Of a stretch of DNA of 64,000 nt, positions 30,959 to 41,267 are shown in pieces. The position numbers were made by a program, and so were the translations under genes. Source of the stretch: an uncultured delta proteobacterium (GTDB lineage Bacteria; Myxococcota; Kuafuiibacteriia; Kuafuiibacteriales; Kuafuiibacteriaceae); NCBI GenBank assembly GCA_963803435.1, contig CAWDML010000001.1, positions 320,001-384,000 on the forward strand, in the 5' to 3' direction. Numbering within the stretch: the first letter of the stretch is position 1; the number at the start of each line of letters is the position of its first letter. The notes below the pieces were generated by a model, which saw nothing but the letters and a program-made list of their open reading frames with translations, was not told the origin of the DNA and did no database searches.

Positions 30959-31663
30959 ATGTCAGAGAACCCCTTCGAGGCGCCGAGGTACGTCGAGTCA
31001 CCCCCGTCGGCGCCGATCGCGGCGCGCTTCGACGTACGAAAAACGATCGGTGATGCGTGGCGGGCGGTGATCGGCGACCTCGGCGTGGTCATCATCGCCT
31101 CGGTGATCTTTCTCTCGACGTCGCTCGCGGCCATCCTGACCGTGCTCGGCTTCTTCCTCTTCTTCCCGGTCCTGCTCTACGGCGGGGTGAAGCTCGTGCT
31201 CAATCTCCAGGACGGCATCGCGGGCTACACGGACCTCGGCGACGCCTTCCCGAAGTACTGGTCCGCGCTCGGCGACATGCTCCTGATGATGTTGTTCCAG
31301 AGCATGGTCTACCTCCCCTGCTGGGTGCTCGCGTTCGGCGGCGAGATCATCGGGATCCGGTCGGTCGCCGTGGGAGGACAGCTCGCCGCCTTGGCGGTCG
31401 CGGCCCTGCTGGTGTCGAGGTTCGTCTTTGCCCCCTTCTACCTGGTCGACAGCGAGCTCGGCGCCGCCGAGGCGATGAGGGCCTCATGGGCGGCGACCAG
31501 CGAGCAGAAGCTGATGACGTTGCTCTTGATCGTCGCCTCCGCGGTGATCGCCTCGCTCGGCGTCGCCTGTGGGTTCGGCGCGCTGGTCTCGATCCCCATG
31601 AGCTACGTCATGTTCGCGTCGGCGTACCGCCAGATGAACCCGCGACGAACAGCACCCCGGTGA
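30959..31663 (+). CDS. Integral membrane protein (DUF975 / glycerophosphodiester phosphodiesterase membrane-domain-like)
   Basis: N-terminal NPFEAP motif; several TM helices; FYLVD..LGA.EAMRASW. Confidence 0.75.
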   Translation: MSENPFEAPRYVESPPSAPIAARFDVRKTIGDAWRAVIGDLGVVIIASVIFLSTSLAAILTVLGFFLFFPVLLYGGVKLVLNLQDGIAGYTDLGDAFPKYWSALGDMLLMMLFQSMVYLPCWVLAFGGEIIGIRSVAVGGQLAALAVAALLVSRFVFAPFYLVDSELGAAEAMRASWAATSEQKLMTLLLIVASAVIASLGVACGFGALVSIPMSYVMFASAYRQMNPRRTAPR

Positions 31664-32183
31664 GGGCGCCCGCGAGGTGGGCCACCGGCAAGGGCGTGAC
31701 CCCGGAGGCCAGCTCCATCGGCAGCAGCATCCCACCCGACAGCGACTCGTACATCAGCTTGATCGCGTGCAGCGCGAGCAGCGCCCCGATCATCCAACTC
31801 CGGCTCCGCCGCCAGTCCTCGATGAGGGCGGCGCTGAAGAGGCCGTTCACCGCGCCCGAGAGGCCGAAGTAGCACCCGAGATCGACGCGGGTCGCGACGA
31901 CCACCGCGGTCGGGACCAGCAGACACAGCAGCATCAGCGGCAGATACCGCGGGCCGAAAGAGCGCTCCCAGACGGCGCCCACCAGGAGCAGCATCGTCAG
32001 GTCGCGCCCCGCCTGGCCGAGATCCGTGTGCACGAGCGGCCCGGTGAACAGCCGCCAGACCTCGCCGTGCGCGATCCGGATGGCGTCGCCCATCGCCCAC
32101 GACGGCGGCGACGCCCACCAGAAGGCGGCGGAGAGCACGAGCGCCGCCGCCGCCACGGACAGCGTGATCCGCATGCCGCTCAC
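31608..32183 (-). CDS. rrtA: Rhombosortase (GlyGly-CTERM-processing rhomboid protease)
   Basis: GEVWRLFTG.LVH; YFGLSG catalytic Ser; KL.YE; AHLAGA catalytic His; short 6-TM size; GTGA-coupled to a GlyGly-CTERM protein. Confidence 0.8.
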   Translation of the reverse strand: MSGMRITLSVAAAALVLSAAFWWASPPSWAMGDAIRIAHGEVWRLFTGPLVHTDLGQAGRDLTMLLLVGAVWERSFGPRYLPLMLLCLLVPTAVVVATRVDLGCYFGLSGAVNGLFSAALIEDWRRSRSWMIGALLALHAIKLMYESLSGGMLLPMELASGVTPLPVAHLAGALTGVLFVAGSSGGTPTRT

Positions 32184-34210
32184 CCGCGCCGGCGACGGAG
32201 CCGCCACGCGAGGGGCAGCGCACCGATCATCGTGAGGATCGTGATCGGATCGAGATCGCCGCCGCCGCCACCGCCCGAGTAGCGGCGCGGGGGCTCGCTC
32301 ACCGTCGGCGAGGGATCCGGCGCGGGATCGGGCGGGGCCATCGCCACCATCGTCCCCGCCCGGTTCGCCGGAGTGTCGAGCGTCTGCGTCACGACGAAGG
32401 GCGAGCCGTTGCCCACGATCCTTCCCTGGTCGATCGCCAGGAACGACGTGTAGGGGGTGACGATCGCGTGCTCGAGGGCGATGCGTGTGATCGTCGCCTT
32501 CGTCCGGGCGTCGGTGCGCGTGTAGTCGGACGCCATCAGATCGTCGATGGCGCGGCGGGCCCAGACGAACGCGACCCCCTCGTGCGGCTCGCCGGCGCCG
32601 AGGTCGACCTCGAGCGGCACGTCCACCGGCCGGCCGGCCACGCGGCCGAGCACGTGGATCGTCTGCTTGCCCGGTGCGGTGAACTTTCCGCTCACCAGCA
32701 GCGGTTGTCCCGCGTAGACGTCCGGAAGCACGCGGGGCGAGATCTCGGCGACCGAGAGCCCGCCCCAGTCGATCTCGACCCCAGTCAGGTAAGGCCGGCT
32801 GGTGCGTCGCACGACCCGATCGATCGCGAGGGCTGGCGACTCGTCGACCGCGACGTAGCTGGCGAAGCCCCGCGCGCCCGAGGCCAGTCGATCGAGGAGA
32901 TATCGATTCGGCGACGCGCCGACGCCGACCGGGAAGATCCGGTTGTGGGCCGCATGCTGTCCCACGGCGTTGAGGATCTGATCGTCGTTGCCGACCTCAC
33001 CGTCGGTGATGACGACGACCTGCCGCACCCGCCGCTCGCCGGGCGCCTTCAGCAGCGCCTTCGTGACCCCGCCGAGCAGCTGCGTCCCGCCGCCCGCCTC
33101 CAGGCGCCCGATCCAGGTGGAGGCCGCCTCCTTGTTCCCGTCGCTCGCCGGGACGGGATGACCGGTATAGGCCTCCGCGCTGTCGGCGAAGGAGATCACG
33201 TCGAACGTGTCCCGCGAGCCCAGGGACCGGACCAGCGACTCCGCGATCTCCCGGGCGCGCATGATCGGGATGCCGCTCATGGAGCACGAACGATCGATCA
33301 GAAGAATCACCTCGCGCGCGGTGATCTCGGACGACTCGTAGGCGAGCTTCGGCTGCACGATCAGGCTGAAGTAGCCGCCCTTCTGCTCTCGATGAGTGAG
33401 CAGCCCGACGTACGTCCGATCGCCGGCCGTGCGCCAGCGCAGCACGAAGTCCCGATCGGGCCGAACACCCGTCACCGAGACTTCGCGGGTGGCGGCGTCC
33501 AGCGTCCGCTCGGAGAGCACGTGCGACGGGCTGGTCACCTCGGCCAGCGGGACACCCGCGGCGAGCCGGACGCCGATCTGCACCTTGGTTCCGGAGGCGC
33601 CGTAGCGACCCGCTGAGACCGGCGCGGGATCCGTCGTGTCCGCCGGCAGGTAGCGGGGCCCGACCACCAGCGGAAAGACCAGCTCGTGGCCGCCGTCCTC
33701 GAAGGCGAGCTGCTCCACGTACGTGAACCGGACGCGCACCGCCTGCTTCGGCAAGATGTTCGCGACGGACTGGGTGAACACGTTCGGCTTCTGCTCTTCG
33801 ACCAGGGCCGCGGCTCGGCCGGCGCTCTTGGCGGCCTCATAGGCCCGCCGCGCCGCCTCGGCCTCGCGGATCTCGCCCTCGATCGTCCGCTCGCCCACCT
33901 GGATCCGGTAAGCGTGAACGGCCGCGCCGTCTGGCATGGGAAAGACGTAGACGGCCTCGATCGGGCGGTCGTAGGGGTTGTCGAAGACCTGCTCGACGGT
34001 GACCGTCGCGATCGGTCCGTCCACGCGGGCGTCGAAGTCGATCTCTTTGACGGGAAAGCCGACCGCCCCCTCGATCGGCTCGGCGAGCCGCAGCTCGCCG
34101 GTTTGAACCGGTACCTCGTCCAGGGCGGCCCAGGTCGACGCCCGCGCCGGTGCGGGGACGGCGAAGAGTGAAGCGAACGACAACGCTGCTGCGATTGCTC
34201 TGGCGCTCAT
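32180..34210 (-). CDS. VIT + von Willebrand factor A domain protein with GlyGly-CTERM sorting signal
   Basis: VIT: VEQVFDNP..PIEAVYVFPMP; vWA MIDAS DRSCSM and ITDG; C-terminus SGGGGGGDLDP + TM + RLRRRRG. Confidence 0.92.
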   Translation of the reverse strand: MSARAIAAALSFASLFAVPAPARASTWAALDEVPVQTGELRLAEPIEGAVGFPVKEIDFDARVDGPIATVTVEQVFDNPYDRPIEAVYVFPMPDGAAVHAYRIQVGERTIEGEIREAEAARRAYEAAKSAGRAAALVEEQKPNVFTQSVANILPKQAVRVRFTYVEQLAFEDGGHELVFPLVVGPRYLPADTTDPAPVSAGRYGASGTKVQIGVRLAAGVPLAEVTSPSHVLSERTLDAATREVSVTGVRPDRDFVLRWRTAGDRTYVGLLTHREQKGGYFSLIVQPKLAYESSEITAREVILLIDRSCSMSGIPIMRAREIAESLVRSLGSRDTFDVISFADSAEAYTGHPVPASDGNKEAASTWIGRLEAGGGTQLLGGVTKALLKAPGERRVRQVVVITDGEVGNDDQILNAVGQHAAHNRIFPVGVGASPNRYLLDRLASGARGFASYVAVDESPALAIDRVVRRTSRPYLTGVEIDWGGLSVAEISPRVLPDVYAGQPLLVSGKFTAPGKQTIHVLGRVAGRPVDVPLEVDLGAGEPHEGVAFVWARRAIDDLMASDYTRTDARTKATITRIALEHAIVTPYTSFLAIDQGRIVGNGSPFVVTQTLDTPANRAGTMVAMAPPDPAPDPSPTVSEPPRRYSGGGGGGDLDPITILTMIGALPLAWRLRRRRG

Positions 34211-34356
34211 CGGAGCGTCGCATGGTCAAGTCCGAGACCAACGGCGGCGGTGCGATCGACCCCCCGTGATTCCCGGAGCTTGAGTCGCGCGCGCGATCCC
34301 GCGATGAGAAACGAGCTTTGCACCTGCTGCGAAGCTCGTTGGACAATCGGCGCCGC

Positions 34357-35955
34357 ATGAGAGCCTCGGCGGTCGTCTTCGTCTTGCTCGCGTGGCCGCT
34401 CCGCGCCGGCGCCACCGATCTGAACGCCGATCCGGGGACGTACCACGACGTCCTCGGCCAGCTCGGTCCCGGCGATCGAATGATCCTCTCCCCCGGCGAG
34501 TATCCGGGACTCCCGATCGACGGCCTCGACGGCACCGAGCAACGCCCCATCGTCATCACGGGACCCGAGACCGGCGCGCCCGCTGTCATCACCGGGCGCG
34601 CCTGCTGCAACACCATCAGCATCAGAAACTCGAGCTACCTGGTGATCAGCCACCTCTCGGTCGACGTCCGCGGCGAGTTGGTCGACGGCCTCAAGGCCGA
34701 GGGCGACGCGACCTACGCGCACCACATCACGATCGAGCACCTCACGCTCTATGGCTTCGGCCAGGACCAGCAGATCGTCGGCATCAATACCAAGTGTCCC
34801 GCCTGGGACTGGATCATCCGTTACAACACGATCACGGGCGCCGGCACCGGTCTCTATCTCGGCGACTCTACCGGAGGCCAGCCGTTCGTCGAGGGCGTCA
34901 TCGAGTACAACCTGGTCGTGAACCCGATCGGCTACGACATGGAGATCAAGCATCAGATCGATCGGCCGGCGGGCCTGGGCATCCCGACCGACGCCGTCAC
35001 GATCATCCGCCACAATGTCTTCATCAAGGCCGAGAACGCCTCGACCGGAACCGAGGGCCGCCCCAACCTGCTGGTCGGCCACTTCCCGCCGAACGGCGAC
35101 GGCTCGAGCGATCGCTACCAGATCTACGGGAACTTCTTCTTCGAGAACCAGACCGGCACCGAGGCCCTCTTCCAGGGCGAGGGCCGCTTCACCTTCCACG
35201 ACAACATCCTCGTGAACACGTTCGGCGCCGGGATGTACGTGCAACCGCAGAATGGAGAGGTGAAGGACGTCGACATCTACCACAACACTTTCTTCGTGAC
35301 GGACAGCGCCGCCGAGATCTACGGCGGCGGCGGCTACACGCAGAACGTGGTCGCCAACGCCATCTTCTCCGGTACGGGCACCCCGCTCTCCGGCGGCGCG
35401 CAACGGGACAACGTGACCGCGCCGCTGGCGATGGCGGGCGCGTACGTCGGTGAGCCGACCCCGATGCTGGGCGTGCTCGATCTCTACCCCTCGGGAGGCG
35501 CGCTCTCCGGCGCGGCGGTGGATCTGTCGGACTTTGGCGGCGACCTCGACGTCGATCACGACTTCAACGGCACCGCCCGCGACGGCACCTGGCGCGGCGC
35601 GTACAGCGGCTCGGGCAGCAACCCCGGCTGGATGCTGGCCGAGGAGATCAAGACGTTGATGCCCGGGATGAATCCGGCCCCGGACGCGGGCTTCGACGAT
35701 GCGGGCCGCCCGATCGACGCCGGAGCCACCGCCGACGCGGGCTTCGACGACGCCGGTCGCCCGATCGACGCCGGCATGACGCCGGCAGGGGACGCCGGGC
35801 TCGACCCGAAGGACGCCCAGCCCGGCACGCGCGGGCACACCGCCGGCGGTTGCGGCTGCAGCTCGACGGAGCGCGCCGGGGGCAACCGAGCGCCCCTGCT
35901 CGTGTTCGCGGGGCTGCTGCTGCTCGTGCGCCGGAGGGTGGGGCGGATCACGTAA
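34357..35955 (+). CDS. Secreted right-handed parallel beta-helix (pectate-lyase-like fold) protein with MYXO-CTERM-type anchor
   Basis: Signal peptide; LGPGD..LSPGEY, GTEQRPIVITG; repeated I..N strands; DAG-rich linker; GGCGC + TM + RRR. Confidence 0.82.
   Translation: MRASAVVFVLLAWPLRAGATDLNADPGTYHDVLGQLGPGDRMILSPGEYPGLPIDGLDGTEQRPIVITGPETGAPAVITGRACCNTISIRNSSYLVISHLSVDVRGELVDGLKAEGDATYAHHITIEHLTLYGFGQDQQIVGINTKCPAWDWIIRYNTITGAGTGLYLGDSTGGQPFVEGVIEYNLVVNPIGYDMEIKHQIDRPAGLGIPTDAVTIIRHNVFIKAENASTGTEGRPNLLVGHFPPNGDGSSDRYQIYGNFFFENQTGTEALFQGEGRFTFHDNILVNTFGAGMYVQPQNGEVKDVDIYHNTFFVTDSAAEIYGGGGYTQNVVANAIFSGTGTPLSGGAQRDNVTAPLAMAGAYVGEPTPMLGVLDLYPSGGALSGAAVDLSDFGGDLDVDHDFNGTARDGTWRGAYSGSGSNPGWMLAEEIKTLMPGMNPAPDAGFDDAGRPIDAGATADAGFDDAGRPIDAGMTPAGDAGLDPKDAQPGTRGHTAGGCGCSSTERAGGNRAPLLVFAGLLLLVRRRVGRIT
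35683..35774 (+). repeat. Intragenic direct repeat, 2 copies with 51-bp period, encoding DAGFDDAGRPIDAG
   Basis: gacgcgggcttcgacga(t/c)gc(g/c)gg(c/t)cgcccgatcgacgccgg at 35683 and 35734. Confidence 0.85.
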
Positions 35956-35991
35956 CAGGGCACGCTTCGCGGCAGTAGAATGACTGGACCA

Positions 35992-38715
35992 ATGCACAGG
36001 ACGGCGCTGGTACTGCTCCTCACGATCGTCGCCGGCGCCGCGTGCACCTCCAGGTACCCGCACGGTCGGCTGGGCGAGCGGACCGACGGCGGCACGGACG
36101 CGGACCGCGGGGGCGGGGATGGCGGAAGCATCATCGACCCAGGCGACGGCGGCGTGATCACTCCGCCCGACGGGAGCGTGGTCAACGCGATCTACGACGA
36201 CTGCCCCGACTTCGAGCACGCGCTCGAGGTCCCGATCATCGTCAACGACGAGCGCAACACGGTCACGCGCGATCCCGCCACCACTTCGTTCCTGGTGCCC
36301 TTCGCCCGCGAGGCAGCGGTCTTCTCGCTCAACAGCCTGGTGGTCCACGACGCCGACGGCAACCGGCTCCCGGCCCAGTTCGAGACCCTCTCACGGTGGG
36401 GCGGCCGGCCCGACGACTGCGGCGTCCCAATCCGCTTCGCCTATGCGCACGTCCGCGCGGCGCCCGCGCCCGGCCGCCGCGCCGACTGGTCGGTGAACAG
36501 CGAGCTCGACCCGCCGCCCGAAGAGTCGCCGCTGGTGGTCACCGAGGCGCCCTCCGCGTGGGTGATCGACACCGGTCCGGCACGCTTCACCATCGAGCGC
36601 CCCAACTTCCGCGGCCTCTCCTTGGTGGAGCTACGAGATCCGCAAGGTGACTTGCACACGGTGAGCGGTCTCGGATCGGCGGCCGGGTTCGTGGTGGTCC
36701 ATGGCGGCGAGAAGAGCACCGACGCGCTCCCTGCCTGGCACCTGGAGCTCGAGCGCAAGGGCTCGCAGGTCGTGACCGTGGGCGCGCGCGGCTACTACGC
36801 GGCCCGCGGCGGACAGCGGGACCTGGCGTACACGATCCGGCTCCACTTCACCGCGGGCAGCGCCGCGGTGAAGATCGATCACACGTACTACTACGGTGAC
36901 GTCGAGGGCTGGAATGCGGACGGCGCGTCCAACTTCACCGGCATCGATCGAGCGTATATGCACGTGCCGCTGTCCGAGCCGGTCACCGGCGTCCGCGTCC
37001 GCGGCGATCAGACGGTCCACCCGATCACGGGCGGGGCGCGCCTCGAGCAGGAGAAGCGACTTCCGGACGATCCGGAGGTCCGCTTTACGATCACCGGCGG
37101 CGGGAGCCAGCTCGAGCGCGGCGGCGCGGCGGTGCGGCCGTTCCTGTCGGTGAGCACCGCCTCCTTCGGCGTCATGGCCACAGTGGCGCGGATCGCCGAG
37201 CGCGATCCGCAGGGTCTCCGCTACGACGCCGCCACCAACGCGCTGGAGCTCGACTTCACCTCCTCGCCGATCCAGATCGGCGGCGCCCGAGGCATGTGGT
37301 CGGTCGGCGCGATCGACTTCTCGCTCGGCGCCATCGACGACGCCCGCGCCGACTCGCTGCGCCTGACGGCGGAGCGCCCGCTGCTGGGGACACCGTCGCC
37401 GGCCTACGTCGACGGGACGGATACGATCGGTCCCTATGCGCCCGAGGAGACCCCCGTGACTGCGCCCCTGTTCGCCGCGCTGGCCGAGATCCACGCGAAC
37501 ACCAGGCAGTACCTCTCGGACCTGCGCATCACCGGGATCCAGATCTGGCCGGACCTGCCGTCGACCTCGTGCTTCGTCGACTTCGACTGTGACTCCGCGA
37601 TGCAGGAGTACTTCGAAGGCGGACAGAACAACTACTGGAACTGGTCGAAGCCTGGCGTCGACGAGTTCTTCCGCACCGGGAACAACGACGACCTCTACGA
37701 CTTCTCGCTGGGCGAGGCGACCACCTACGCCGAGACCATCGCGATCCGCACCTACCACGACCGCCCCGAGGACTCGTCGGTGACCGGCCTCGCCCCCTGC
37801 TACGGCAGCTCGCGCGGCTTCTCGGGCGACTTCATCGAGGGCCTCAACAACCGCCGCGACAACTGCCCGGCCGACTACTCCTATTCGAAGACGCTCAAGG
37901 TCGCGTACCTCGCCACCGGCGATCGGCGGTTCGCAGACTACTTCGAGGAGGCGGGCATCGGCGCGATCAACGCGTTCGGCGAGCCTCCGCTCAACCCCGA
38001 TCCGTACCTCGAGCTCAACCTGACGCGCCTGTCCGAGCAGCGGCTGGAGAACCTGTCGAACGGCGCCGAGTTCGCCCGCGATCCGGAGATCGGAGACCGC
38101 CTGCGCCAGAAGCTCACCGACTACGTCAACTTCATGCTGGGCCGCGCGCTCATCGATGGCCACGCCTGCGACACCGCCGCCAGCGGAGAGAACGACGCCC
38201 GCCGGATCGGCCGGTGCAGCAGCATCCCGGGCTGGATGGCCCCGGTGCCGCTGGAGTGGGCGCTCCGGACTGCGCGGATCCTGAGCCACCCGGCGCTCCA
38301 CACGTGGGTCATGCGGCACGGCGAGCAGTCGGCCCGCAACATGACCGTGGTCGGCGCCGGCGGGCTGCCGGACATCTCCCAGGCGATGGGGCCCCAGGGC
38401 TGGCGCAGCGGCTACCAGTGCGACACCAACAGCGACGGTGTCGTCGACTCGAGCTGCGTGCGCTACACCACCGGCGAGAACGACAGCTACTACTACCAGG
38501 ACGGGATGATCGCGTTCCTCAACGTCTTCGGCCTGGTGCTCTCCGCCGATCGGAGCGACCCGCAGCACATCTGCGACTGGCTCCCCGACGCCTGGTCCTC
38601 GCGGATCGCCACCGTGGCCAGCGGCGAGATCAACGAGAGGATCTGGGGCAAGGCCTCGGGCCAGGCGTTCGGCATGGCGGAGGAGACCGCCGGCGCGCTA
38701 GCCCGCTGCCCGTAA
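35992..38715 (+). CDS. Large lipoprotein, exo-rhamnogalacturonan lyase (PcRGLX/YetA, PL26)-like architecture
   Basis: Lipobox AGAAC; VPF...LPAQFETLSRW..D..IR N-domain; IDTGPARFTI; NNYW..FFRTG and YLATGDRRF toroid helices. Confidence 0.6.
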   Translation: MHRTALVLLLTIVAGAACTSRYPHGRLGERTDGGTDADRGGGDGGSIIDPGDGGVITPPDGSVVNAIYDDCPDFEHALEVPIIVNDERNTVTRDPATTSFLVPFAREAAVFSLNSLVVHDADGNRLPAQFETLSRWGGRPDDCGVPIRFAYAHVRAAPAPGRRADWSVNSELDPPPEESPLVVTEAPSAWVIDTGPARFTIERPNFRGLSLVELRDPQGDLHTVSGLGSAAGFVVVHGGEKSTDALPAWHLELERKGSQVVTVGARGYYAARGGQRDLAYTIRLHFTAGSAAVKIDHTYYYGDVEGWNADGASNFTGIDRAYMHVPLSEPVTGVRVRGDQTVHPITGGARLEQEKRLPDDPEVRFTITGGGSQLERGGAAVRPFLSVSTASFGVMATVARIAERDPQGLRYDAATNALELDFTSSPIQIGGARGMWSVGAIDFSLGAIDDARADSLRLTAERPLLGTPSPAYVDGTDTIGPYAPEETPVTAPLFAALAEIHANTRQYLSDLRITGIQIWPDLPSTSCFVDFDCDSAMQEYFEGGQNNYWNWSKPGVDEFFRTGNNDDLYDFSLGEATTYAETIAIRTYHDRPEDSSVTGLAPCYGSSRGFSGDFIEGLNNRRDNCPADYSYSKTLKVAYLATGDRRFADYFEEAGIGAINAFGEPPLNPDPYLELNLTRLSEQRLENLSNGAEFARDPEIGDRLRQKLTDYVNFMLGRALIDGHACDTAASGENDARRIGRCSSIPGWMAPVPLEWALRTARILSHPALHTWVMRHGEQSARNMTVVGAGGLPDISQAMGPQGWRSGYQCDTNSDGVVDSSCVRYTTGENDSYYYQDGMIAFLNVFGLVLSADRSDPQHICDWLPDAWSSRIATVASGEINERIWGKASGQAFGMAEETAGALARCP

Positions 38716-38782
38716 CCGCGCATTTTGCCCCCAACGCTTCCGCCGTCCCGCCGAGAACCGATCCGACGATCATGGGCGGGGC

Positions 38783-40619
38783 CTAATCGAGGTCGAACGC
38801 GCCCTGATAATCCACGCGAAGTGTTCGATCCTGGCGCTCCTTGGCGAGCACGCAGCGGCCCACCGCCAGGAGGTCGAGCTCGGTCCCCATGAAGCAGCGG
38901 AAGGCGTCGGTCGGCGTGCACACGATCGGCTCGCCGCGGACGTTGAAGCTGGTGTTGATGATGACCGGACAACCCGTGAGCGCCTTGAAGCGCGCCAGCA
39001 ACCGGTGATAGCGCGGATGCGTCTGTTCGTGGACCGTCTGGATCCGCGCCGAGTAGTCGACGTGCGTGACCGCCGGTATGTCCGACCGCAGGACCTTGAG
39101 CTTCTCGATCCCGAAGAGCTGCTCCTCCTCGTCGCTCATCCTCCGCTGGCGCTCCTTCTTCACCTCGGCGACCAGCAGCATGTAGGGGCTGTCGGCGTCG
39201 AGCTCGAACCAGTCGGCGACGTCCTCTCTGAGCACCGAGGGGGCGAAGGGTCGAAACGACTCACGGTACTTCACCTTGAGGTTCAACACCGACTGCATCT
39301 TGGGGGAGCGCGCGTCGCCCAGGATCAATCGCCCGCCCAGCGCGCGCGGGCCGTACTCCATTCGACCCTGCATCCAGCCGACGGCCTGCTCCGCCGCCAG
39401 CGCGCCCGCCACGCGGTCGATCATCTGGTCCTCCGACAGCACCTCGTAGACCGCTCCGGCCCGGGTGAGCTCCGCCTCAATCTCCTCGTCGGAGAACTCG
39501 GGTCCGAGATACCCGCCCTTCATCCGGTCCCCCGGTCCGGCCGGAGCGCGCGGCTGCCCTTCGAGCAGGTGGTGCGCGATCAGCGCCGCGCCCACCGCGC
39601 CGCCCGCGTCGCCCGCCGCGGGCTGGATCCAGATGCCCTCGAAGCAGCCGTCCCGCAGGATCTTGCCGTTCGCCACGCAGTTGAGCGCGACACCGCCCGC
39701 GAGACAGAGGTTCTTCATCCCCGTCTCCCTGGCCAGCGCGCGCGCCTGCCGGAGCATCACCTCCTCGCAGACCACCTGGATCGACGCCGCCAGGTCCATC
39801 TCACGCTGGGACACCGGGGCCTCGGGCGCTCGCGGCGGACCGCCGAAGAGCGCGTGGAAGCGTTCGCTCGTCATCCGCAGGCCGGTGCAATAGTCGAAGT
39901 ACCCCAGGTCGAGCCGAAATGATCCGTCGTCCTTCAAATCGATCAGATTGATCGAGGATCGTCTGCGCGTGGAGTGGCCGCCCGTACGGCGCCAGCCCCA
40001 TGACCTTGTACTCGCCCGAGTTGACCTTGAAGCCGGTGTAGTAGGTGAACGCGGAGTAGAGGAGCCCCAGCGAGTGCGGAAAATGGATCTCCTTGTAGAT
40101 CTCGAGCGAGCTCCCTCGGCCGATGCTCGCGGAGGTCGTGGTCCACTCGCCCACGCCGTCCATCGTCAGGACCACGGCCTCGTCGAACGGCGAGGGGAAG
40201 AACGCGCTCGCCGCGTGGCTCTGGTGGTGCTCGGCGAACAGGAGCTCGCGGTCGACGTCGAACTCCGGGAAGTGCTTGGCGAGCTGTTTCTTCAGCAGGT
40301 TCTTCTGGAACAGCTTCTCGCGCAGCCAGATCGGCATCGCCATCCGGAACGAGTTGAAGCCGCGCGGCGCGAAGGCCAGGTAGGTCTCGAGCAGGCGCTC
40401 GAACTTGAGGAAGGGCTTGTCGTAGAAGGCGATGCGGTCGACCTCGGAGATCGCGATCCTGGCCTCGCCGAGACAGTACGCGATCGACCGTTGAGGGAAG
40501 CGCGCGTCGTGCTTCTTCCGGGAGAAGCGCTCCTCCTGCGCGGCCGCGACGATCTCGCCGTCCACCACCAGCGCCGCCGCGCTGTCGTGGTAGAACGCGG
40601 AGATACCGAGGATCTTCAT
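38783..40619 (-). CDS. Carbamoyltransferase, NodU/CmcH (SxtI-like) family (apparent frameshift at ~39946-39950)
   Basis: ILGISAFYHDSAA; EERFSRKKHD; HHQSHAASAF; GEYKVMGLAPYG; AGGVALN; QPAAGDAG; KYRESFRPFAP; NTSFNVRGEPIV. Confidence 0.93.
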
Positions 40620-40626
40620 CGCCGGC

Positions 40627-40776
40627 TCAGAACAACGTGTAGACGAAAGGGGCGATCGCGGAGCCGTGCGCGAGGAGGAGCAGGCCGCCGAAGATCACCA
40701 GCATGACGACGATCGGGAGCAGCCAGAACTTCTTCCGCTCCCGCAAAAAGGCCCACATCTCGCTCAGAAAATCCAT
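40627..40776 (-). CDS. DUF5989 / SxtK-like small membrane protein (49 aa)
   Basis: Manual translation MDFLSEMWAFLRERKKFWLLPIVVMLVIFGGLLLLAHGSAIAPFVYTLF; below the ORF-track cutoff. Confidence 0.9.
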   Translation of the reverse strand: MDFLSEMWAFLRERKKFWLLPIVVMLVIFGGLLLLAHGSAIAPFVYTLF

Positions 40777-40786
40777 CGGGGTAGCC

Positions 40787-41212
40787 TCAGAACTGGCGTC
40801 GCATGCTCTCGGGCGAGGGACCGGGTGGCTTGCGCTCGATCCAGTAGCTCGACGCCCTCGCGTCGAAGCGGCGAGCCAGCCCGTCCTTTCCCAGCGCGCG
40901 CATCAACAGGGCGATCGGCGTGATCGTGAAGAAGAAGAGCAGCGCCATCACGATCGGGTTGACGACGCTGGCGAGCAGCAGCCCGAGCTTCGTCCAGACC
41001 CGGTTGAGCGGCCCGAGCCAGCGCGGCCTGACGACGGCGAGCGCGAGAAAAGACGCAGCCGCGATCAGCGCCCACGGGCGCGCCTCGCCGGCGCGAAGGA
41101 GCGGCGAGAGCCCGTAGATCGACAGCACGACGGAGAGGGTCAGGCCGAACGCACGGTCCGAGCTCCCCTCGATCGGCTCCTTGGGCGCGAAGTCTTCGTG
41201 CGTGGCTGCCAA
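40787..41212 (-). CDS. SxtJ family membrane protein
   Basis: SDRAFG; PLNRVWTKLGLLL; FF..ITPIALLMR..GKD.L; SYWIER; MRRQF C-terminus; start uncertain (TTG 41212). Confidence 0.88.
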   Translation of the reverse strand: MAATHEDFAPKEPIEGSSDRAFGLTLSVVLSIYGLSPLLRAGEARPWALIAAASFLALAVVRPRWLGPLNRVWTKLGLLLASVVNPIVMALLFFFTITPIALLMRALGKDGLARRFDARASSYWIERKPPGPSPESMRRQF

Positions 41213-41267
41213 GGGCCCAGCCTTAGCAAAAAAGCCGCGACCAGGCGACCAGGTTTGCCGCCGGGGC

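Noticed and set aside
38783-41212. Saxitoxin biosynthesis cluster
   Set aside because: Only the widespread sxtI/J/K-like trio is present; no sxtA, sxtG or other core genes.
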